Below are positions 50,181 through 61,399 of a DNA stretch of 64,000 bases, piece by piece. The stretch spans positions 14,138,001 to 14,202,000 of the forward strand of contig NC_086118.1 in the NCBI RefSeq assembly GCF_963921235.1, read 5' to 3'. Every line of letters begins with the position of its first letter. Position 1 is the first letter of the stretch. A model generated the notes under the pieces. The model was not told where the DNA came from, searched no databases, and worked only from the letters and a program-made list of their open reading frames with translations. The stretch is from Mobula hypostoma (lineage: Eukaryota). A program made the position numbers and the translations under genes.

Positions 50181-51229
50181 GTTCGGATTGCATTAAATTC
50201 CCTCTACCATGTTTTTCTGCCCTACTTATCAGGCTTTCCTTATTGCTGGAGTATTCATCCTTAATCTGCTTTCAATGAATCAGTGGTCCCATGCACAATG
50301 GTAATAATGCCTGGGATTCGTTAATCTGTTCTGAAATGGTTAAAGCATTGAGTGGAACACTTTTAAACTGGACCTAAGTTATCTCAAATACCATGTCGAA
50401 CATACTTCAGACTGTTAAACTACCCGATCCTAAAATACCATGTGACAAAACATTTAGAATGAAATAAACAATTTCTCTGCTTCATATACTAATTGTCCTG
50501 GTCTGTATATACTGGTATGATTTATTCATTCTTAGTAAAATTTCCTCCATATGGGAATAGATTGGACAGAGAGTATGGAGCTGTTTTGATGAATTTGATG
50601 CCAGATACTGGGAAATATCAAAGGCAGGATTACATTATAAACTAAGGTTCCAAAAGATATTTTTTCCCATCTATTTTAACCTTGTATGGCCTTAATGTCA
50701 GCTCTGCTCAGTTACTGTTGAACATAGCTGGATTCAAAAGCTAGACTTCCAAGGCTGATCACTTTTGGGAAATATACATAAAACAAAGAATTATAATATT
50801 CTCCCTGACACCCTACTTCAGAATCCAATTCTTATATGAAGAATAGCCATTTACATGAATATAGAATTACAGCATTATGTAGGTATGCCCCTACAATGTA
50901 TCAACCAGCTCAAGACAAAGGAAAAGAGAGAGAAATGTTTTCAAGCTTTGCCATTCATTATCAGCATAAAGAGAATCATACATACATCATTCATACACAT
51001 AAACAGCATTTTGAATAATTAATGCTTGTAAATAATATAAATTGTGAGCTACAAGGAAGATTTAGTTTCTGCCACATTACTTTGCATTACAGCTTTGTTT
51101 TGTACTTGAATTTCCATTCTTCCTTACAAGGTAGAAGAAGTCATTTTCCCCATTGAGTATACACTACCTTGAGCAAACCACTCATCTCGTGACAAGTAGG
51201 GAAGAGAAAAATCTAGGCAAACAGCAGAC

Positions 51230-51775
51230 TCATAGACTTGTCCAAAACAGAAAAAGGCTCTTTCATCCACCATAACCACGCTGACCTATTAATCCATTTA
51301 CTCCAGTCACATTTGTCCACATTAGGACATTATCCTTCTATGTCTTGCCTATCTAAGTATCTAGCTAAATATATTTTAAACGTAGCATTTGTTCCTCTTA
51401 AACACAGTTAGTCCACCATCTCCACTGATAGCACATTTCAGACATCAACCTTTCTCTACAGGAAACATCTTAGAACTTTTTCCTCCTGCCTTAAAACTAT
51501 GCTGTCTTGTTTATGATATCCCTGCCATGGGGACAAATGGCTATCTTTCCAATCTACTGCTCTCATCATTTTATATACCTCTGTCATGTTACCCCACAGT
51601 CTCGTTCATTCCAGGGAACACAATTCAGCCTGTGCGATCTCACCTCATAACTAAAGCTCTCCAACTCAGGCAATATTCTGCTGAATCTCATCTGCACTCT
51701 CTCCAACACAATCACATCTTTCCTATAGTATGGTGATCAGAACTGCACACACTACTCCAGCTGAAGCTTAATCAC
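51230..51775 (-). mobile_element. CR1 3' fragment (old)
   Basis: Reverse complement CAGCTGGAGTAGTGTGTGCAGTTCTGATCACC (LExCVQFWSP motif). Confidence 0.7.
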
Positions 51776-52930
51776 TTTGCCCTCCCTCCATACTGAGTCT
51801 ACCTTGCCCTTCATCCTCCTGATTCTAAATCCCACACAGTCCCAATACCCACTCCCAAACCATTCTTCCGTTCCCACTCTGCTTCCATTATCTCTCCTCC
51901 CCTCCCCTCAATAACCCTAGAACCTAATCTTCCCTCTCTTCCTCTGACTCCACGCCTTATCCTAGCCACAACCCCTGTCATGGCTTCAAGGGATGTCCTT
52001 AAGTTTTCCCAAAGGGATGTTCTATGTGTGGATTCAGGTGATGAGAGTGAGCTTCGAAATGAATACCTCTCTATATGCTCCAAAGAAAAGGACATGAAAG
52101 ATAGTGAGTTCAGGGTAGAGTACATTGATAACCTAGAGGAGGAGGAGGAGGTGTTAGATGTCATGGGATGTATAAGGTTGATAAACCCCTCATGTTGGGT
52201 AATATCTATCCCAAGTTGCTATTCAAGGCAGGGGAAGAGATACCTAGGGCCCTGACAATGATTTTTGCATAAGTGAGATGCTGAAAGACGGAAGTTGTTA
52301 CTTTATTTTAGAAGATCAGCTTGAATAAGCTTGATAGCTATAGACCAATGAACTTTACATCAGTAGTAGGGAAATTATTGTCAAACATTCTCAGGGATAG
52401 AATTTATAAACATTTAGAAAATGAGGGTCTGATCAGAGAGTTGGCATGGCTTTGGACAGGGTACATCCTGAGTCGCTAATTTGATTGAGATTTCAGAAGG
52501 ATTAACTAAGCAGATTGATGAAACCAAGGAGGTAGATGTTGTCTTTTTCTTTAGCAAGGTGTTTGTCAAGGTGCCGCATGGTAGGCTGGTTCAAGAGGCT
52601 AAGGCACATGGGATCCAAGGTGAGTTTTCTAATGGGATCCAAAATTAGCTTACTGATAGTAGGCAGAGGGTAATGGTGGAAGGAAGCCTTTTTAATTGGA
52701 AGTCTGTGGCCTGTGGTGTACCACAGGGACTGGTGCTGGGACCCTTGATATTTGTGATATAAACAACTTGGATGTTAATACTTCCAAGGTATAAATTAGT
52801 AAGCTTGCAGATGACACAAAACTTCTTGTGGAAAGTAAGGAATGTTGTCTATGACTAGAGCACGTTATAGATTATATGGAAAGTTGGGCTGAGAATTGGC
52901 ATGAGGAATTTAATCCTGACAGGTGTGACA

Positions 52931-54789
52931 TAAACACAAAATACTCTGCAGATGCTGGGGTCAAAGCAACACTCACAACACGCTGGAGGAACTCAGCAGG
53001 TTGGGCAGCATCCATGGAAAAGAACAGTCGACGTTTCGGGCTGGAACCCTTCGTCAGGACTGAAGAGGGAAGGGGCAGAGGCCCTATGAAGAAGGTGGGG
53101 GGAGGTTGGGAAGGAGAAGGCTGGTAGGTTCCAGGTAAAAAACCAGTAAGGGGAGAGATAAAGGGGTGGGGGAGGGGAAGCAGGGAGGGGATAGGCAGGA
53201 AAGGTGAAGAAGGAATAGGGGAAAGCAAGTGGGTAGTAGAAGGAGGCGGAACCATGAGGGAGGTAGTAGGCAGCTGGGGGATGGGGCAGAGAGAAACATG
53301 GATAGGGGAAGGGAGAGGGAGGGAATTACCAGAAGTTGGAGAATTCAATGTTCATACCAAGGGGCTGGAGACTACCTAGACGGTATATGAGGTGTTGCTC
53401 CTCCAACCTGAGTTTAGCCTCATCATGGCAGTAGAGGAGGCCATGAATGGACATATCCAAATGGGAATGGGAAGCGAGTTGAAGTGGGAGGCAACCGGGA
53501 GATCCTGTCTGTTCTGGCGGATGGAGCAGAGGTGCTCGACGAAGCGGTCGCCCATTCTGTGTCGGGTTTCAAATGTAGAGGAGGTCGCACCGGGAGCACC
53601 GGATGCAATAGGTGACCCCAACAGACTCACGAGTGAAGTGTTGCCTCACCTGGAAGGACTGTTTGAGGCCCTGAATGGTGGCAAGAGAGGAGGTGTAGGG
53701 ACAGGTGTAGCACTTACGCTTACAAGGATAAGTGCCGGGTGGGAGATCCGTGGGGAGGTACATGTGGACCAGGGAGTGGTGGAAGGAGGATCTCCTCCAT
53801 TTCCCACACTTTGGCCCTCACCCAATCCTCCCGCCACCACAACAGGGACAGACTTCCTCTTGTCCTCACCTACCACCCCACCAGCCTCCAGATCCAGCAC
53901 ATTATCCTCCGCAACTTCTGCCACGTTCAACAGGACCCCACCACTAAGCACATCTTTCCCTCTCTACCCCTCTCCACTTTCCACAGGGATCATTCCCTCC
54001 ACAACTCCCTGGTCCACACGTCCCTCCTCACAGATCTCCCACCCGGCACTTACCCCTGTAAGCGTAAGTGCTACACCTGTCCCTACACCTCCTCTCTTGC
54101 CACCATTCAGGGCCCCAAATAGCCCTTCTAGGTGAGGCAACACTTCACTTGTGAGTCTGTTGGGGTCATCTATTGCATCCGGTGCTCCCAGTGCGGCCTC
54201 CTCTACATCGGTGAAACCCGACGCAGATTGGGGGACCGCTTCGTCGAGCACCTCCGCTCCATCCGCCACAACAGACAGGATCTCCCGGTTGCCACCCACT
54301 TCAACTCTGTTTCACATTCCCATTCGGATATGTCCATACATGGCCTCCTCTACTGCCATGATGAGGCTAAACTCGGGTTGGAGGAACAAAACCTCATATA
54401 CCGTCTAGGTAGTCTCCAGCCCCTTGGTATGAACATTGAATTCTCCAACTTCTGGTAATTCCCCCCCCTCCCTTCCCCTATCCCAGTTTCACTCTGCCCC
54501 CTCCCCCAGCTACCTATCACTTCCCTCATGGTTCCGCCTCCTTCTACTACCCATTGTGTTTTCCCCTATTCCTTCTTCACCTTTCCTACCTATCCCCTCC
54601 CTGCTTCCCCTCCCCCACCACTTTATCTTTCCCCTTACTGGCTTTTCACCTGGAACCTACCAGCCTTCTCCTTCCCACCCTCTCCCCACCTTCTTCATAG
54701 GGCCTCTGCCCCTTCCCTCTTCAGGCCTGACGAAGGGTTCCAGCCCAAAACAATGACTGATTGTTTCCACGGATGCTGTCCGACCTGCT
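52931..54789. mobile_element. Penelope-like element as two inverted 5'-truncated arms (GIY-YIG endonuclease)
   Basis: ORF 54132-54458 GVIYCIRCSQCGLLYIGETRRRLGDRFVEH (GIY-YIG); mirror copy on the minus strand at 52931-53790; candidate TSD AGGTGTGACA/AAGTATGACA. Confidence 0.93.
53025..53062 (-). ncRNA. Minimal type-I hammerhead ribozyme motif
   Basis: Reverse complement: CAGTC-CTGACGA-AGGGTTCCAGCCC-GAAA-C-GTC-GACTG. Confidence 0.75.
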
Positions 54790-55175
54790 AAGTATGACAA
54801 AATGCATTTTGCAAAGTCATATTGTGGAAAGACGTATGAAGTATATGGTAAGACAGGAAGGAATGTTGAGCTGAATTAAGAGTGGAATTCAGATTGGTTT
54901 ATTATTGTCATTGCACCAAGATGCAATAGAAAGCTTGCCTTGCTTACTCTTTGTACAGATCAGACAGCGCATTATGTTAGAAAAAGATAAAACAATAACA
55001 ATACAGAATAGATTGAGAGCATCATAATTGAGTACAGCAACTGCTTTGCCCAAGGCCACGATTTATAGAGTTGTCTGAGAGTTGTGTGAGAGTAGCTCAG
55101 TGAATCACAAAAGCCCGTCTCCCTTCCAATGACTCCATCTACAATCCCTGCTGTTTCAGTAAGTAACCCCCCCGC

Positions 55176-55361
<186 letters not shown>

Positions 55362-55620
55362 CATTCTCTCTCTTGCACACAGACAGTTTTAGAGGTCAGG
55401 ATTGAGCCGAGCTCACTGGAGTTGTGAGACAGTAACTCCATTAAATGTGCCAGAGTGCGATACCCGTATCTCAGGTCTAGAAATGGGGCTGGACAATAAT
55501 GCAAGTGATATACTTTCATAACTGTTGTAATGGTTATCAGATAATCTAACTGAATGTGCTGCCCATGCTGAAATCAGATCTAAACCCAAAGATAACCTCT
55601 ATGTGTCTTCAATGTTTTAG

Positions 55621-55759
55621 GTTGACACGATCAACTTTGGTTTTGATACCATTGCTTGGGATCCACGAATTTGTCTTCACCTTCCTGCTAGACGAACATG
55701 CTCATGGCTTACTGCTGCACATCAGACTCTTTCTTCAATTAGCTATCAGCTCATTCCAG
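55621..55759 (+). CDS. GLP2R: GLP-2 receptor exon (about exon 11), TM6/ECL3/TM7
   Basis: ttttag|G...CAG|gtacaa, 139 nt. Encodes [46 protein letters not shown] (PxxG TM6 motif). Confidence 0.95.
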
Positions 55760-57249
55760 GTACAAGAAAAATACTTTTCAATAAGAGCCTGGACTTTTAA
55801 GTTTGCATTCTTTATCTGCTATTTTAAGAGATGCGAAGAGCTGGTTATTTCCTCTCATAAATTCTTACTTTGAACAATAATTTCTGAGCTGGATGAATCA
55901 TAGTTATAGAGAGATACAGCACAGAAACAGGTCCTTTTGCCCACTCAATCCACACCAAGCATATTTACACCCCCACTAGTTCCCCCAATATTCACCTACC
56001 ATCCCCACCTATTCTACAAGTCATTTGCCCACCAAATTTGAGATATAGGAGAACTAGAACACAGTGCAGTCACAGGGATTATGTGCAGTCTCCACACAGA
56101 CAGTGCTGGAGGGCAGGGTTGAACCCGTGACACTGGAGCTTTGAGACAGTGGCTATGTTAGCTGTGCCATCTGTAGTTGAGTTCATTATTACATTAATTC
56201 CAGGGCCTAGGGATCCACAAACAAAATGTTCTTTGCCCACCTCTTGTTGCCCTAGAACTTACAAGTGAAACCTTCTTCTTGAACACCAAGGCCTGCATAA
56301 TGAAAACCCACCTGGAACAGAAGTTAATGGGGATTGCAGTATTTTGACCCAGCACTAACAATATTATATTTCTAAGAAAACATGGTAAGAGGCTGAAAGT
56401 GTCAAGATGGGGTTTCCCTGCACTTGCTGTCATTGCCCAGGTATCTGGTGTTGAGGTAAGAGAGGAAATTCCATCTGAAGCTTGTTTGAGTCTCTGGATG
56501 GCATTTTTTAGAATCCTAGCCAGGTGGAGAAAAGAGTGAAGGTATAGTGTTGTAAATGTGCTGTTCCACTGGTAACTAAACTCTAAGTGCAACTGTGAGG
56601 AGTTCAGAAAGTGAATACAATTATGATCAAAAATAGGGAAATAATGAGCACAAACTCAGTTTACTATTTGTTAAAATCCACAAAATCTGCTACATTTATC
56701 CATTGGTGATGAAACAAGTCATTCTCAACTGCCGTCTAAGTGTTTTCTATGTCCAGATATCGAAAACGAACACTAAAAAATCTCCAGCCATCTCTTTGGA
56801 ACAACAGCAACCTACACAGCCTGAATAAACTGGTGATATGTTCATGCTGTGGAATTATTTATCAGGAAGATCTGTCATGAGAAGGGTTAGAAGAGATCTA
56901 AGGGGAAGAAAACAATCAGAAGGTGGATGCAATCTGCAGCATTCTGTCTGAAAACGTAGTGGGGGCAGATGCAGTCACAGCATTTAAGAAGTATCTGGAT
57001 GAGCACTTGAATCACTAAAGCATAGTAGGATACAGATCAAGTGTTGATAAAAGGGATTAGTATTGATGCTCAGCATGGATGTTTTGGGCTGGAGAGCCAC
57101 ATCTATGCTGCATAACTGTGATTCTAAAAGAGTGTATGAACCCTTCTATTTTACCTCATAAACCTTATTTGTCCTGTACGTTTGAACTGCAATAACAACC
57201 TCAGGTAGCTACGTGCCTTGCACCTTTAAAGGTAAACCCAGCAATGCTT

Positions 57250-57455
57250 TATTTTTTTGTTCCTCTCCACATCTTGTGGCACATCAGGTGACATCCTTGT
57301 GGTTCTTTTAGCATTTTGTCATTTAGCAAGGCTGAGTTGCTAGGTCGACACTCAACCCAGCACGGATGGAAGCATGCAAGGAGCTGGCCGGATTCGAACC
57401 CAGGACCACTCACCTCAAAGTCCGACGCAGATACCACTACACCACCAGCCAACTT
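57250..57455 (-). mobile_element. tRNA-derived SINE
   Basis: Reverse complement GCTGGTGGTGTAGTGG...GGGTTCGAATCC; head related to the 49306 copy; A-rich end. Confidence 0.72.
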
Positions 57456-57550
57456 ATCAATACTTTATATATTCTGTTAATTGTTTTTGTAATCCATGTG
57501 TCTCTGACAAGACCACCATTTATTGTTCAACCAAATAATGCTTCACCAGA

Positions 57551-57778
57551 CTTTTCCCCTTACTGGTTTTTCACCTGGAACCTACCAGCCTTCTCCTTCC
57601 CACCCTCCCCCCACCTTCTTCATAGGGCCCTTGCCCCCTCCTTCTTCAGTCCTGATGAAGGGTCTCGGCCCGAAACGTTGACTGATCATTCCCACGGATG
57701 CTGCCCGACTTGCTGAGTTCCTCCAGCATGTTGTGCGTGTTGCTTTGACCCCAGCATCTGCGGAGAATTTTGTGTTTA
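57551..57778 (+). mobile_element. Penelope-like terminal fragment
   Basis: Same family as 52931-54789; exact 10-bp TSD CTTCACCAGA at 57541-57550 and 57779-57788. Confidence 0.9.
57646..57685 (+). ncRNA. Minimal type-I hammerhead ribozyme motif
   Basis: TCAGTC-CTGATGA-AGGGTCTCGGCCC-GAAA-C-GTT-GACTGA; 6-bp stem I, GUU triplet. Confidence 0.72.
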
Positions 57779-58199
57779 CTTCACCAGATCATGATGAGCC
57801 TCCTTCTTGAAACACTGTAGTCCTTGTGGTGCCATTGGGTGGTGAAGTCTAAGATTCAGAGCCATTGCTTTTGAAAGATCAGTGATTAATTTCCAAGCCT
57901 ATGTGTCTTCAAGCGGAACTTGTAGCTGGCGGTGGTCCCATGCTGTCCTTGTCCTTCTTACCGGTAGAGGTTGTAAGTTTGGGTGATTTAGATGGAGTAG
58001 CCTAGATCAATACCCGTTATGCATTTTGTGGTAGTTGCAGACTAGAATAAGCTGCATCACTGGAGGAAGGTGTGAATATTGGTTGATTGGGTATCAGTCA
58101 AGCAAGCTTTGTCCTGCCTGCGGGGTGTCAAAGTGTTACTACAGCTGCACTCAAATGCAGAGTATTTCATGCCATCTCTGAATCTGCTGCTGAATCATT

Positions 58200-59991
58200 G
58201 TCGGCAGAATTTCAGATGGTGGTGAGAGGGCATACAGGAGCAAGATATACCAGTAGCTGAGTGATGTGGCAGCAACAACCTTCCACTCAATGTCAGCAAG
58301 GCCAAAGAGCTGATTGTAGTCTTCAGAAAGGGTAATATGAGTGAACACAAACAAACCTCAGAGGGATTAGAAGTGGAGAGAGTGAGCAATTTCAAGTTCC
58401 TGGCTGTCAATCTCTCTGAGGACCCAACCTGGACACAACAAATTGATGCAGCTGTAAAGAAGGCAAGGCAGCTGCTATATTTCATCAGGAGTTTGAGCAG
58501 ACTTGATTTGTCCACTAAAACACTCGAAAACCTTCACAAATATGCCTTGGAGAGCATTCTGACGGGCTGCATCACTGTCTGGTATGGGGGGGAGCGACTG
58601 CACAAGATCAAAGTAAATTGCAAAGCCCTGTAAAGTTAGTCAGTTCCATCATAGGTACCAGCCATCATAGTATCCAAGACATCTTCAAGGAGTGGAGCCT
58701 CAGGATGGCAGCGTCCATTATTAAGGAACCCCACCACCCAGGATATATCCTCTTCTCATTGTTACCATCAGGAAGGAAGTACAAAAGCCTAAAGGCACAC
58801 ACTCAGTGATTCAGGAACAGCTTCATCCCCTCTGCCATCCGATTTCTAAATGGACAATGAACCCATGAACACTACCTCACCATTTTTTTATTTATTTGTT
58901 TTTTTGTACTACTTATTTTAACAACTATTTAATAGATAGATATACACTTCAGTTTTTTTCTCTCTATTTATTTATAGAAACATAACATAGAAACATCGAA
59001 ACATAGAAACCCTACAGCACAATACAGGCCCTTCTGCTCACAAAGCTGTGCCGAACATGTCCTTACCTTAGAAATTACCTAGGGTTACCCATAACCCTCT
59101 ATTTATCTAAGCTCCATGTACCTGTCCAGGAGTCTCTTAAAAGACCCAATCGTTTCCGCCTCCACCACCGTCGCTGGCAGCCCATTCCACTCACTCACCA
59201 CTCTCTGCATTAAAAACTTGCGCCTGACATCTCCTCTGTACCTACTTCCAAGCACCTTAAAACTGTGCTCTCGTGCTAGCCATTTCAGCCCTGGGAAAAG
59301 CCTCTGACTATTCACACGATCAATGCATTTCTTCATCTTACACACCTCTATCAGGTCACCTCTCATCCTCCATCGCCCCAAGGAAAAAAGGCTGAGTTTA
59401 CTCAATCTATTCTCATAAGGCATGCTCCCCTATCCAGGCAACATCCTTGTAAATCTCCTCTGCACCTTTTTTATGATTTCCACATCCTTTCTATAGTGAG
59501 GTGAACAGAACTGAGCACAATACTCCAAGTGGGGTCTGACCAGGGGCCTATATAGCTGCAACATTACCTCTCAGCTCCTAAACTCAATCCCACAATTGAT
59601 GAAGGCTAATGCACCGTATGCTTTCTTAACCACAGCTTTGACCTGTGCTGCAGCTTTGAGTGCCCTATGGACTCGGACCCCAAGATCCCTCTGATTCTCC
59701 ACACTGCCAAGAGTCTTACCATTAATGCGACATTCTGCCTTCATATTTGACCTACCAAAATGAACCACTTCACACTTATCTGGGTTGAACTCCATCTGCC
59801 ATTTCTCAGCCCAATTTTGCATCAATGTCCTGCTGTAACCTCTGACAGCCCTCCACACTATCCACAACACCTCCAACCTTTGTGTCATCAGCAAATTTAC
59901 TAACCCTTCATGTATTTCATTAAACGGCTGCCATAAAGTTAACAAATTTCATGACATATGCCGGTGATATTAAACCTGATTCTGATTCTGA
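58200..59991 (+). mobile_element. Rex1/Babar-like LINE 3' part, UTR split by CR1
   Basis: VERVSNFKFLAV...ESILTGCITVWYG, LFSLLPSGRKY; UTR resumes at about 59908 and ends (TGATTC)n. Confidence 0.85.
58975..59907 (-). mobile_element. CR1 3' fragment
   Basis: WAEKWQMEFNPDKCEVVHFG, RMRGDLIEV; (TTTCTATG)n tail. Confidence 0.9.
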
Positions 59992-61399
59992 TCATGTTTC
60001 TGGTTTGTGCCTTATGGGTGGTGTAAAGGATTAAGGGTGTGAGGAGGTCAATCTCCCACTCAGGATACCCAGCCTTTGACTATTCCTGTAGCCATAGTGT
60101 TTAGATAGCTGGCCCAGTTAAGTTTTTATTTAACATTAGTTCCTGAGATTGGGATCTTTGTGTTGCTTGGAGGTGTTAATGTCATTGAACAAGGTGAAAA
60201 TGATGTTACAAAAAATTGGATCTGAGTTAAGTCTCTGAAGCTGTAATTTGTTTTGTGACATGGAACTCCTGAATTAGCATTTCAAATTGACTGTTGAGTA
60301 CTTTGTCACAGGTTTGGTCACCGATTGTCTGTAAGCTGAGGAGAAACAGGGACTTAGAGAGACTCAATTTTCTAAAAATGGTCGATAAAACAAATTTGTC
60401 ATTAAATTAAAACACCTCATTCAAAAGCCTGGTATCCCGTTGCTTGTCTTAAACTTCAATTTTGGTAAATTGAGTTCCTTATATCAGATTTTAGAAGCTG
60501 ATGAGAGCTTTAATAAGTCACACATAAACTATGGACACTCCCATCTCTGTGGACAGTGATGGTCTAACTTTTCACTTGTCCATCTCACTTCACATTTCAA
60601 AACATCTGAAGTACTTCGTGTGAAAGATTGTAGTTACAGATGACTTGTTCCAACTGTAAGGTTCCATTTCAAACTTTTGACAGTCAGCCCCGTGATTTCA
60701 GCATCTCGAGGTACAAGGTGATATTTATCAGCCAGCTCTGCCCTCCTTTGGTGGACAAGGGTAGACCACAAGATGCATTCATTGTTTGCCATACAGAATT
60801 GTAAGAATTTATATTTATTCAGAAATTTTGACATCACTAGAAGAATATTTGATTATACCTGTCGCATAGCTAATTTCACAGGAAACCAGCAGTCAGCAAA
60901 ACAGCACATTCTCACAAATAACAATAAAAGAAAAAAGGCAGATCATCTGTTTCAATGATAGAGCTTGAGCCAGATTGAATGCTCATCTCAAAAACATTTG
61001 GATCCTATTTCTGGCACTTAATCAAAGAGAATAAGGCTCAGTCTAAATTCGGTGCTCTCGAAGTTCATCCTTCAATCGAATGAATTTTAGAGACAAATTA
61101 TGTGCTCCCAAAAGCAACCATTTCCAGAACAGCCTGTATTGTCACCAAGGAGCCTGGCTTGTATCAGAAAGCTTGTACCAGTTGTGCTCCCAACTGAAAC
61201 AACTCCAACACAGTGATAGGATTGAACTGAGGCAAAATCAGAACAGCTACAAAATCATGAAAGATTTCGTGCCACTGAGAAAAACATTGACTTGAACCTC
61301 TGCTGAAGATCAGGAGCCATTGAACAGTTGCACCGTGTACAAAAATTATAAGGGCTTTCATTCTAAAGATTTGAACACCAGGAGAAAGTTTGATCGTAC

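Larger units (their letters stand above)
52050..54870 (+). mobile_element. CR1 LINE RT fragment split by a Penelope-like insertion
   Basis: SKVFVKVPHGRL, GVPQGLVLGP, ADDTK, WAENWHEEFNPDRC up to 52930; resumes ATGCATTTTG at about 54800. Confidence 0.8.

Noticed and set aside
53392..54135. 247-aa plus-strand ORF
   Set aside because: Antisense and off-frame reading through the two Penelope arms; no independent protein signature
60300..60360. cag|GTTTGGTC... as a candidate for the short TM7 exon 12
   Set aside because: No frame gives a GxxVAxxYxFxNxE-like peptide; exon 12 was not found in the window
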